Positions 52,891 to 64,000 of a stretch of DNA of 64,000 bases are shown here, piece by piece. Within the stretch, counting starts at the first letter, position 1; the number at the start of each line of letters is the position of its first letter. A model generated the notes under the pieces. The model was given only the letters and a program-made list of their open reading frames with translations. It ran no database searches and was not told the DNA's origin. This stretch comes from Octopus vulgaris (Eukaryota), in the NCBI GenBank assembly GCA_951406725.2, contig OX597824.1, positions 65,348,001-65,412,000 on the forward strand, written 5' to 3'. A program made the translations under genes and the position numbers.

Positions 52891-52963
52891 TGCTTCATGG
52901 TGCAATGGATAACGCGTCTGACTACGGATCAGAAGATTCCAGGTTCGAATCCTGGTGAGCTCG
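52891..52963 (+). tRNA. tRNA-Arg(ACG), possibly a pseudogene (imperfect acceptor stem)
   Basis: 73 nt, nearly identical to the metazoan Arg-ACG body (tggtgcaatggataacgcgtctgactACGgatcagaagattccaggttcgaatcctgg). Anticodon at 52924-52926; A and B boxes intact; T-run just downstream. 5' acceptor strand tgcttca pairs imperfectly with 3' tgagctc. Confidence 0.85.
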
Positions 52964-52977
52964 CATTTATTTTTATA

Positions 52978-53383
52978 GGTGTAGGAGTGACTGTATGGTA
53001 AGTAGCTTGCTTACAAATCACATGGTTCCGGGTTCAGTCCCACTGCGTGGCACCTTGGGCAAGTGTCTTCTACTATAGCCTCGGGCCGACCAAAGCCTTG
53101 TGAGTGGATTTGGTAGATGGAAACTGAAAGAAGCCCGTCGTATATATGTATATATATGTGAGTGTGTGTGTATGTATGTTTGTGTGTCTGTGTTTGTCCC
53201 CCCAACATTGCTTGACAACTGATAGTGGTGTGTTTACATCCCCGTAACTTGGCAGTTCGGCAAAAGACACCAATAGGATAAGTACTAGGCTTACAAAGAA
53301 TAAGTCCTGAGGTCGATTTGCTCAACTAAAGGTGGTGCTCCAGCGTGGCCACAGTCAAATGACTGAAACAAGTAAAAGAGTAA
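52978..53383 (+). mobile_element. SINE family A, full length
   Basis: ggtgtaggagtg...ggttcagtcccactgcgtggcaccttgggcaagtgtc (CORE-like ccttgggcaagt)...aagtaaaagag. Confidence 0.92.
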
Positions 53384-54121
53384 GACATAATCCTTTTATG
53401 ACTATATCTCTAATAAGTATGGTCTGTGCACTTCTTGCCAACAGCCCTTTCCTGCTTTTTAAGTGAGGGTATTTCTTTTCCACAGAAATTCAAAAGTACA
53501 GAGCAAACATCACCACTTAGAACCCAACCAGAAGTTGTAACATTACAAGTTGTAGTTGTGCTGCAAATGGTGATATCACAATCCATAGCTCAACACAGTT
53601 TTCTAACCATTCACAGACATCCACACACATCTTTCTTCTCGTCTTATTTACCCTGCCTCTTTCTCTCTCAGAACTATCACTCACTTTCTTTTCTATTCTT
53701 CTTCAGTTATAGGAGTCACTTTATGTCCTTAGCCTTGCAAGTTGAGGCTATTCTCACTAGAACTGGTACCAAGAAAAAAAGCACTGAGTTAATTCTGTAA
53801 TGGGGTTAGCATTTAAGAAGGGCATCCAACCACAGAAACCAACTGGAGCATGACTTGTCAGATACCGTTGAAACATCCAACCCATGCCAGCATGGAAGCC
53901 AGACATGAAATGATGAATACATGCATGCATACATGCATGCGTATGAGTCTACCAAATTCCCTCACAAGACAAAAACCTTGTTTAGGCTAGGAATATAGTA
54001 GAAGAGTGGTGTGCAGTGGGGCTGATCTGAAAGAATGCATGATGATTTTAAAAACAATTAGATTTATCTGATGCATAATGGTTAGCAATAAGGAAAAACA
54101 ATAAGCCCTAAAACAACTATT

Positions 54122-54184
<63 letters not shown>

Positions 54185-54185
<1 letters not shown>

Positions 54186-54640
54186 CATCATCATTATCAT
54201 CATTTAACATCTGTTTTCCATGCTGGCATAAGTTAGATGGTTTGACTGAAAACTGGTAAACTGGGGAGCTGTACCAGGTTCCAATGTGGTTTGGCAAGGT
54301 TTCTGTGGCTGGATGCCCTTCCTAACACCAACCTCTCTGAGAATGTAGTGGGTATTTTTTACATGCCATTGGCAGGGCACCAACATCAACCACAACTACA
54401 GTCTCACTTGGCTTGACAGGTCTACACAAGTATGGTATATCATCAAAGGTCTTGGTCACCTGTCATTGTCTCCATGAAGCCACTGCTTGAATGGTGCTTT
54501 TTATGTGCCACTGGCATGGGTTCTAGTCAGATGGCTTTGGCATCGGCCATGACTATGATTTCACTTGGCTCAACAGGTCTTCACAAGCACAGCATATCAC
54601 TAAAGGTCTCAGTTGCTTGTCATTGCTTCCATGAGGCCTC
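54185..54640 (-). mobile_element. RTE-tail element, older copy
   Basis: (CAT)n + ttttccatgctggcat...ggatgcccttcctaacacc...ggtgctttttatgtgcc. Confidence 0.75.
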
Positions 54641-54740
54641 CTACGTCTACCTCTTCCACAGGTTCTCTCCACCATTAGAGTATGACACTTCTTCACATAG
54701 CTGTCCTCATACACACACACACACAGAATTTATATATATA

Positions 54741-55060
54741 TGTGCCAGTGGCACGTAAAAAGCACCATCCATTCGTGGCCGTTGCCAGCCTCGCCTGGCC
54801 CCTGTGCCAGTGGCACGTAAAAAGCACCATCCGATCGTGGCCGTTTGCCAGCCTCGTCTGGCACCTGTGCTGGTGGCACATAAAAAGCACTCACTACACT
54901 CATGGAGTGGTTGGTGTTAGGAAGGGCATCCAGCCGTAGAAACATTGCCAGATCAGACTGGGCCTGGTGCAGCCTTCTGGCTTCCCAGACCCCAGTTGAA
55001 CCGTCCAACCCATGCTAGCATGGAAAGCGGACGCTAAATGATGATGATGATGATGATGAT
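54741..55060 (+). mobile_element. RTE 3' end with 3 copies of the 61-bp unit and a (GAT)n tail
   Basis: Closely similar to ~47240-47550. Confidence 0.9.
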
Positions 55061-55360
55061 ATATATGTACACATTATATACACATTTTGTTGTTCATTAA
55101 CCATGCATTATGTCTTTATTTACATCTTTCTATCTATCCATCCTCCATCAACACATACATACAACCATACATATACATATAGACATACAAATATACATGC
55201 CTGTAATAGACACAAGCATTTATGCTTGTATGTGTGTGCACGCGTGCGAGCGCACACACATACTCTCATCTATAAATATTTTCATTATAGGAATAATTTA
55301 CATTGCAATGTGTATATTCTTACACTCTGGTCTTATGTTTTGTTATAATTATTATTCCAG

Positions 55361-55595
55361 GCAAAAATTGTGAAATGGATCTGTTTCAAAATTTTGGAAA
55401 GAATTGTCCAAAGGATATATGTAAACCCCCTTCTGTATGTGAACCTCTTGAAGTCGGTGGCTTCTATTGTAAAGGATGCTCTGGTATGGATTATCATAAC
55501 AAATTCTGTGAATTGACTACTCGCCGCTTCTTCAAAGGATCTTATCTGACTTTCCCATCAATAAAGCAACGGAATCATTTCAAGGTTCAGCTGAA
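55361..55595 (+). CDS. CELSR: CELSR/Flamingo internal exon: EGF3 plus start of laminin G1 (phase 1 to 2, 235 bp)
   Basis: ttccag| acceptor, ctgaa|gtgagt donor. (G)KNCEMD...CKPPSVCEPLEVGGFYCKGC...FCELTTRRFFKGSYLTFPSIKQRNHFKVQL matches CELSR GGFHC...YCEVTTRSF...SFVTFRGLRQRFHFTISL. The next exon was not found before 64000. Confidence 0.95.
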
Positions 55596-55664
55596 GTGAG
55601 TATTTTGTTTTGTTTTCAGTCTTCATTCTTCTATTCAGGTACCATGTTTATTTATTTTCTATAC

Positions 55665-55810
55665 CAGTTGTGGGCAACTTGCAGCCTGCATGTCCTTCAG
55701 ATTGGTGTGCCAAATGAAAAGTTACTTCAAATTTTTTTAATTGTTCTGCCCACCTGATGATAAGCTATGTCTTATGTGACCCACTTCTCATAAAAGGTTG
55801 TCCATGCATG
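55665..55810. mobile_element. hAT-type MITE
   Basis: cagttgtgggcaactt ... aggttgtccatgcatg termini; 8-bp TSD ttctatac/ttctgtac. Confidence 0.75.
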
Positions 55811-55849
55811 TTCTGTACTATAGTTTGATCAGAGGAAGAACAGCTTGAT

Positions 55850-56119
55850 GAAGAAGACCCATCAAGCCAAGTAAAATCGTAGTCATGGAAAATACTGGTG
55901 TCATGCAAATGGCACCCATGCTGGTGGCACGTAAAAGCATCCATTACACTCTTGGAGTGGTTGGGGTTAGAAAGGGCATCCAGTTGTAGAAACCGTGCCA
56001 AATCAAACTTGAGTCTGGTACAGCCTTCCAGCTTGTCAGCCCTGGTCAAACTGTCCAACCCATGCCAGCATGAAGAACAAACATAAAATGATGATGATGA
56101 TGATATATGATGATGATGA

Positions 56120-56123
<4 letters not shown>
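55850..56123 (+). mobile_element. RTE-tail element
   Basis: ggtggcacgtaaaagca...gggcatccagttgtagaaac...ccaacccatgccagcatg + (GAT)n. Confidence 0.8.
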
Positions 56124-56157
<34 letters not shown>

Positions 56158-57016
56158 TTCCAAGTAAACCTTCAACAAAATACATTATCATATATTTCTA
56201 TAGATGCCTTAGTGGATTTTTTCAATCTTTCTTCCAAATAATTTACAGCTTTAACTTGTGTGTACGCATGCATTATTTTTCCTGCAGGGTTCATTCTTAT
56301 GTTTTTATCTTCAACACTTTTTTAATCAAAAGAAAATACCTCAAAATAATACCACTAATTAAAATTCCAGGACCATTATTTACTTTTTAGCTGAGAATTT
56401 CCTTTGATACTAGTTCAAAATAACTTCATATTTCAAAGTATTTTTCTTTGTTTTCTGGGATTTGTTTTATTTATTATTTTTTTTTTAATGTTTTGTGTTT
56501 TATGTTTTCCCCCCTCTTTTCTTTCTGCTTTAACTTTGTAGTCTTCTACCAGCTTTGAAAATATTTTGGTTAATTCTGCAGGCATGGAAATCTTTTTCTC
56601 TTACAGTTGACCAAATATAGTTTTAGATTGTTAGGTGTGAGCTACCCAGAATAGAACATATGAATCATTAGGGCTTGAATTCTTTAAAACAGTTTAAGTA
56701 AAAAAAGAAACAAGAAAACAAGAAAAGAAAGGAAAGAAAAGAGAAACAAAATATGCTGCAACAAAGTCATTACATTTAGGTACTATCTTAGAAAGCCAGG
56801 TTCTGAATAGCTTCTTTTGAAGAATTGCAAGTTACTGCATTACGTAGGCTCCTTGGGGATATGTACTATCTCTGTTTTTCTGTTCTATTTGGGTCATTTT
56901 CTCTTTTAAAACTCTTTGTTCTTATTAACTGCATATGCATTTGTGTGTGTTTATATAATATATATTTGCATGTGTGTATTTATGTATGTATAGATAGGCA
57001 TACATATGTGTGTGTG

Positions 57017-57062
<46 letters not shown>

Positions 57063-57078
57063 CACACACATACACACA

Positions 57079-57282
57079 TGAGGTGAGGGCTGGAAAGTTC
57101 CTGGCTTTGGGTAAAAGAAATAGAGGAGAATTAGTTAATTATGATTTTATTCAACATATTCCCCTCTTGGATTCACACTCTGAGACTGTAGTGGTCCTTC
57201 AGTTTTTCTAAGTCTTGTAAAGAACTCAGAGGGTTGGGCTTCCAGCCAGATCTTTCATGATGCCCTTTTCAGCATCCCCTCA
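57079..57282. mobile_element. mariner-type MITE (decayed)
   Basis: tgaggtgagggctggaaag ... cttttcagcatcccctca|ta inverted termini of the CGAGGG type. Confidence 0.6.
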
Positions 57283-57359
57283 TATTTATATATATATATA
57301 TATAAGAATTTTTTGCGTAATAAGATTAAAAAAACCAAGGCTGTATAGATATTAGAGTG

Positions 57360-57390
<31 letters not shown>

Positions 57391-58125
57391 GCATGCATAT
57401 AAAGAGAGAAAGAGATGCATCTATGTGTGTGTGTGTAGTCATCTATATATCATAAGTAATCATACTTAGTAAATACATCATTGATATATCTGCAATATTC
57501 ATCCAGAGATAATTGCTATTTCCTCTATATCGGATGTAACAAATCTAATCTAAGTATGTGGCTAGCTGTGAGTACATGTCATTCATAAGACCCAGCTAGA
57601 TCAAAATACATCTGGCATTCTTGTTAGCCACTGTTTGAAGAGATTTTGAGTATCTCTCGTCCATTAGAGATGTTATGTCTGAATGAATGCCACAGTAAAT
57701 TGCCTTCAAATGATGTATACAAATTAAGTATGATACATAGATAGCTATTTCAATTAAATACTAGCAGATTTTTACTCTGCTAGGTGGCTATTTGTAATAT
57801 CAGTGATTGTTTTATTCACTGTTTCCTAAATATCAGAGACGAAAATTCTCTTCTTGTTTCTTCCAGGCATATGGTTGGTTGTGAGTACTTGGCTTTGGTG
57901 AGGCCCAACTAGACAGAAATGCATCTAGCTTTCTCACTAGCCACTGCTGCTGCAATTTTCATCTCTATCTGAAATACATATTGTATTTTCGAACACAGTG
58001 TGTCTATAAGAGTTGTTATCTCTGGAAAAATACTGCAGTAAATTGCCTTTCAATGATATATTTGCATTAAGTAGTCTGATGTATATTTTAACTTTGTACT
58101 ACTATTACATCTATCTATCTATCTG

Positions 58126-58210
<85 letters not shown>

Positions 58211-58671
58211 ATACATATATACACAGATACATGTAGCAAAAGACACAGTATACATTTAAGAAGTTTGCTTCTTGATCATATTGTTTTGGGTTTGGTCCTT
58301 CTGCATGTCATCTTGTGCCAATACTTCTACTATAGCCTTCCGCTGACCAAAGCCTTGTGAGTGGATCTGGTAAACAAATACTGAAAGAAGACAGTCATAT
58401 GTGTGTGCAAGCGTTGTGTATGTACAAATGTAGAATTTTCATGGACAATTAGGAGAGAAGTGCTCATTGTATGTTGTAAACTATAGGATTAATTGAAATT
58501 GAATAGTTATCTAGTAGCTCAAGTTTTGTGTCTCACTGTAATCTCAGCGTAAGTTTGTGGTGGTGGTATGAAACTTGAGTTGTGAGACATTTAATTTCTC
58601 GAAGCTGTGTGTGTATGTGTGTGTAAAATACATAATATATATGTATCCATCCATCCATCCATATATATGTA

Positions 58672-58729
<58 letters not shown>

Positions 58730-58938
58730 AAAGGGTAAAATTAATTAATCAATTAATAATTAATAATTTTACCAAGTAGTTCGGTATGTTAAAAGAACCA
58801 TTATCAGTAAACTTATGCAAAAATTTTATAATTATGAGCATAATTATAATTAGGGTTCAGCAAAATTTGCTTCACCACATACTGAAATTTAGAAATAGCA
58901 GTTAAAATACTATTCTACTACCATAGTAGAATAATTTT

Positions 58939-58977
<39 letters not shown>

Positions 58978-59029
58978 CAGAAATACTAAATTTCTAAATC
59001 TCTCATAGAGACATGTACGGTGGTGGGGC

Positions 59030-62000
59030 ATATATATATGTATATTCAGTGTTCTTCTTTTTCCTTGTACATGTGGTTTTGACTTCCTGTAACAGTGCTG
59101 GAACCTTAAAAGTGTCTTATAGGCCAATCCATCGGTATTTCTACTCTTGTTGGTTCCTTTTCTATGACTCCTTCCTTAAGCTGATTTCTGTCTCTCCTTT
59201 CTTGCACCATACATTATTCATCCTATGTATTTTACAACTTCTTCCCAGTATTGCTTGCCATTTTTGTACATTCTTACATATACCTTATTACCCATTCTAA
59301 AGAATTTTGGCATGTATTTACTAGCACATATTTTTTTTCTTCACTGGTAACAGTTTATCAAATACTGACTTCACCTTTCTGGTAAACATTAATTCTGTTG
59401 GTGAACTTCCTTCTGGTATATTTGGATTCAGAGTTACCCTGTATACCCTTAAGCATTATTGGATTGCGACCTCATCTGTGGATTCCTTATTGGTTTTCTT
59501 TAAAGCTCTCTTAAAAGTATCTACAAACCATTTGGCCCCTCCATTTGATCTAAGGTGATATGGTGCTATAGTTTTATGTTCTAACATGAACATCTCACAG
59601 AATCTTTTAAACTCATAGGATACAAACTGTCTTCCGTTATCTGAGACAGTTATATCCTGTACACCAAATCTTGCGAACACTCATGTAAGAAGTTTATTAC
59701 TGTATATGAGGTTGATCGTTTTCACCTTTCGACCTCAGGCCATTTTGTGTAGCTGTCTACTACTATTAAGTAATAATATTCATTTACCGGGCCTGCAAAA
59801 TCGATATGCAATCAGGACCATGGTATTTTCACTTCTAGCCAAGGTTCACATTTTGTAGTAGGTAGTTTCACTGCCAGTGTACATCCACTGCAGCCTTTTA
59901 CTAGGTTTTCAGCTCTCTTGACCATGCTTGGCCAGTATATGAAACTTGTATCAGCACTTTCATTCTAGAGATGCCTGGGTGTCCCACATGGAACTCTTTT
60001 AACATTCTCTTCTATAATGTCTGTGGTATGACCACCCTCTGAGCGCACATTAGTACACCATCACATATAGAGTACACACTCACATCTTGGTATTTTTTTT
60101 TGCATCAGATCTTTCCTTTTATTGACCACAGTTTTCTTTTTGTCACATTAATAAATTTGTCATTTCTCGCATTTCTTTTTATTTCTTCCGAAGTTACTGG
60201 TATTTCACACATAATGTCCCACATCACTTTTTTTGTTTCTGCTTCCGCTCTTGACACTGCTATTATGGTGTTGTCAGTGGTTCGTATTTCTTGGAATTAA
60301 CCTCGAAAGACCATTGGCATCCCCAACTTTTTTGAAGGCAGATATTTCATTCTATAATCGTAGTTTAATAGAATGGTACCCCACCGCTGCAGTCTGTATG
60401 CTATATGTGTCAAGATTCCTTTCTTGGATCCGTATGTCATTATTAGAGGTCTATGGTCCATTTGCAACCAAAAATTGTCTGCCAGGAATGAACCTGTGGA
60501 ACTTTTTCATCCAAATATAATAGCCAACACCTCTTTTCCAATCTAGCTATTGCTCTTTTCCACCTGCTATAATGTCCTTGATGTGTGAGCTATGGCCTTT
60601 CTCCTGCCATCGTTATCCTTGTGTAGGAGCATAGCTCCTATCCCATACTCACTAGCATCTGTAGTATTATCTCTAACTTTGGGTTGAAATGCGTATGATA
60701 CAAGTCTGAAGTTAACATATCTTTTAACTTGTTAAATGCTTTGCATTTTTTTTTAGTAATTCATTAAGTGGTGCCTTTACCTTATGTATATTTGGGATGT
60801 ACACTTGGTAATAATTTACCAAGCCTAGAAATGCTTGTAGCATTGTCATGTTCATAGGGGGCGGCATATTTTGTATTGCCCTCGCCCTTGATGGGTTTGG
60901 TCTGCATCCACTTTCATCGATTACTTGACATGAGTATTTTATTTTTTCCATCAAAAATTTACATTTTTCTTCTGTCAGTTTTAGCTTTACTCACTTACTT
61001 CTCTCGAATACTATCTTTATGTGTTAGACATGTTGCACCTGAGACTCACTCTTTATCAAAATTTCATTGAAGTATGTGATGGTGAACTTACAATCACTTG
61101 ACATTACAGCCATTATTTGTTGGGATATGGCGGGTATCACTTTTACTCCAAATGGCAGTCATTTGAACTTGTACAATCCATGGTAGGTGTTGATTGCTAG
61201 TAGATGTGTGCAATCTTGTTGATTGCTCTAACTGATTTTGAAGGTACACCTCTGAGAGGTCTAACTTTGAGAAAATTTACCTTCTGTTTAGTTTAGCAAA
61301 TACTTCTTCTGGATTTGGTAGTGGATAATTGTGTGTGAGTAAACAGTTGTTTAATCTTGTTGAGAAGCCTGTGCACACTCTTAACTTTGTTTTTTACATA
61401 GACCACTAGTGCTGCCTAGTCTGCATGGTCAGTCTTTTCAATTATATTCAGGCTTTCTGACCTTTCTAGTTCTTTATTGACCTGACCTACTGCCACAAAT
61501 GGCATGTTCCATTTGGGCCTGAAAGTTGGTGTTTTTGTTTTTGTGCAACATCCTAAACCTTCCGAAAAGACTTTTGGGAAAGTTTCTTTCATTTTTTGTC
61601 TCAGTTCATTGACCTTGTTTGATCGTTTGACTGCTCTGTTTATGTTATTGCACAAAACGCTTATGGGTGTATCCTATAAATTGAATCTCTCCATATATTT
61701 GGTGCCAAATAAATTCATGGATTTTTTTTCAACACATAAACATTCACTTTTTTGGTTTGACCATTGAACATTATATTACAAACATGTTCACCTGTGAAAA
61801 ATAATTTTCTTCCTGTAACACCAAATGCTATTTTGTTTGAACTACGTAATTTTGGTTTACCCATTTGTTCCCATATTTTCTCATTTATGACTGTGATTTC
61901 ACTTCCCATATCTAATTGCATTCTGACACTAGTGGTTTCAATTCTCACATTCATGAATTTTCTGTTTGTTGTAGTCACAACTTTTCTTGCTGATAAGCTA

Positions 62001-63410
62001 TTTATTTTTTCTTGTTTGTTCCATTTTCCTATCATTCTAGTTTTGTAGTGCAATTTTATGTCCTGTAAACACACAGTGAAAACACTTTGCATTTTTATAT
62101 GGACAATCTTTTTTCAGGTGCATCCTACCACATGCCATACATCGGTTTACATCCCAATACTTTTTCTGTTTTTCCTGCAACACTTTATTTGTCTTCCAAC
62201 TTTTTTGCACTGGTCTTATGTGAAAACACTCTTTCTGTTGAATTTCTTCTGTGTCATGACTGTATCAATTCCTGGTTCATTTCCAGTTTTTCTGCATCCC
62301 TTTTATCTGTCAATCCTTATGCAAAAATCAAACACTTGAAAGAATCTGGAGTAAGCATATCCAACCTAAATCTCTCACATTCTTTACTGATGCTGCCTGT
62401 GTAAGTAGTGAAGTCTTCATCTTCGATCTTTTCTATAGTTTAAACATTTCCATCTAGTATTAAACAGTGAGCTCTTTTCACTAAACATTTTGCACAAAAT
62501 GTCAACTGTGTTGGTGAAATTTATGTTGGATGCTTTTTTTTTGGCAATATGAAGTTACTGTGCTTCTCATGCTCTACTGTTGCTAGTTTTCTTAAAACTA
62601 GACATGTTTTCAAAAATTTGTTCAAATCTTTGAAAGTAAGCCTCAAATGTTACTCCTTCTTTGATATCATATTTGAATTTGCTTACGAAATTTGCTACAT
62701 GGTCAGATGAAAATGTAATCTCTAGTTTGGTCATCAACTTCATTAGTTGTAACATTTGCTGCTGCAATTCTTGTTGTTGTTCTCATTGTTCCTTGCGTTG
62801 TTGCTATTTTTGCAACTCAACTACCCCAGCTAACAAGTCTTCCATATTTTACAATTTTCATAAGTTTGCACTACAAGATTTTTGTTTCTTTTTTATTGAG
62901 TTATTTAATTTTCCATGCAAATTAGTTTAAACTCTCTGTGTGAATGTCTTTTTTTTCAGTCCACATAAATTTGTTTTTCATCATCACCTCTGTTGTGAAA
63001 TGGGTTCCTCCCACTGGTGTAATGTGTGACTTCTGTTGTTCTGTAGTTGCTGTTTTACGCTTGTAGCCACAACAGTTACTAGTCATCAGATACCATTATA
63101 TGTCTTCGTACCAGAATAGTAATACACTAACTTCTGTTGCTGATAGCTCCACAAGACACCGACTAAAACTATCGACTCTCAACTCTTCAACTCTCAACCC
63201 TCTCTTGATGACCAGCTACTGGTCTATTTATAATGGTTGCCTCCTACCACTTTTTACTGGGAGAGGTATACAGTCTCACTATACAACACATTTTATGGGC
63301 GATGCCCATCTTGATATCAACCCTTATAATTTGGATGATCATCTAGAGGCTCACTTATTAGATCATAATAATGTATTGTAATGCTGATTGAGACTTAAGA
63401 AAATATCACA
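59030..63410 (-). mobile_element. Ty3/Gypsy LTR retrotransposon (Mag/K02A2.6-like), heavily decayed
   Basis: Minus-strand order gag (EGVTFEAYFQRFEQIF), protease (MQLDMGSEITVI), RT (LPFGVK..), RNase H (DASEYGIGA), integrase (VSDNGRQFVS..APYHLRSNG..FVDTFKRAL). Decayed PBS-like tggctacaag near 63060-63069. Putative 5' LTR ~63075-63410; matching 3' LTR not found; boundaries approximate. Confidence 0.88.
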
Positions 63411-64000
63411 CATAAAAGCCAGAGAATGAAACACCCATCATTATTACTCCTGGTTGAAGTAATTATGCACTTATAAATGTACCATTTATTCTTTTACTTG
63501 TTTCAGTTAAAATTGCAGAAAAGTAACAACATATGTCAAAATCCAAAAAGCATGTAAACAATAAAGGCAGTGCTCCAGCACCAGCTTTATTGTTAATTCT
63601 CAGTTGATTTGTTTGCACTAAGAATGGTGTGAAGCTGTATGAAGTAATTGTTCTGAGCTAAATTACTTTTCCTATGGAAACATGTTAGAAAACAATAGAA
63701 AAACAATGATGGATGTTAAAATTCAAAAACATGTTAAATCTTCCAAAACTAAATGCAAGAAAAGGAAGGCAAAAGTATAAAATAGTTATGAAATAGGTCA
63801 TTATAACATTTCACTAAGATTTAAGATGTGTGTTGAAAGTTGGAAATATTTATTGAGATATCAGATTGTATTACATTAACTTTAGGGTGTATATATACAC
63901 ATACATGCACATTAATTATTTTGAGATAATGGGACTTCAAGTTTTGCCTTATCAGCTTGTTCAGTTAGTAAGAATTTTAACAAGATTTTCTGTTTTTATC

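Noticed and set aside
63100-63381. 93-aa ORF
   Set aside because: Antisense to the putative Gypsy LTR, contains short tandem repeats and no recognisable domain.

Overview
AT-rich, microsatellite-dense animal genomic DNA. The repeat landscape (CORE-like tRNA SINEs, RTE LINEs with (GAT)n tails, TTAA MITEs) points to an octopod cephalopod, probably Octopus; this is an inference. The whole window appears to lie inside one large + strand gene of the CELSR/Flamingo (starry night) cadherin-type adhesion GPCR family. Four internal exons are visible: 23982-24334, 41959-42133, 43353-43478 and 55361-55595. They have canonical AG/GT sites and compatible phases (1-0, 0-1, 1-1, 1-2), and encode the end of the last cadherin repeat, the flamingo box, EGF1-3 and the start of laminin G1. 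The introns hold decayed transposons (maT/Tc1-mariner, Tigger/pogo, Ty3/Gypsy, a LINE endonuclease fragment, RTE LINEs, two SINE families, piggyBac/hAT/mariner MITEs), a tRNA-Arg(ACG) gene or pseudogene, and a 100-N gap. Most notable: (1) two type I hammerhead-ribozyme folds (8008-8072, 15692-15750), sense to the pre-mRNA, with different but base-paired stems and a related motif starting 72 nt after each, one inside a ~478-bp direct-repeat unit resembling a retrozyme/Penelope-like element; (2) three short segments duplicated 1.1-1.3 kb apart within 46.9-49.9 kb, two of them pasted into young retroelements; (3) inverted RTE tails bracketing exons, which are circRNA/ADAR candidates. All sequence comparisons were made by eye and no database searches were run.
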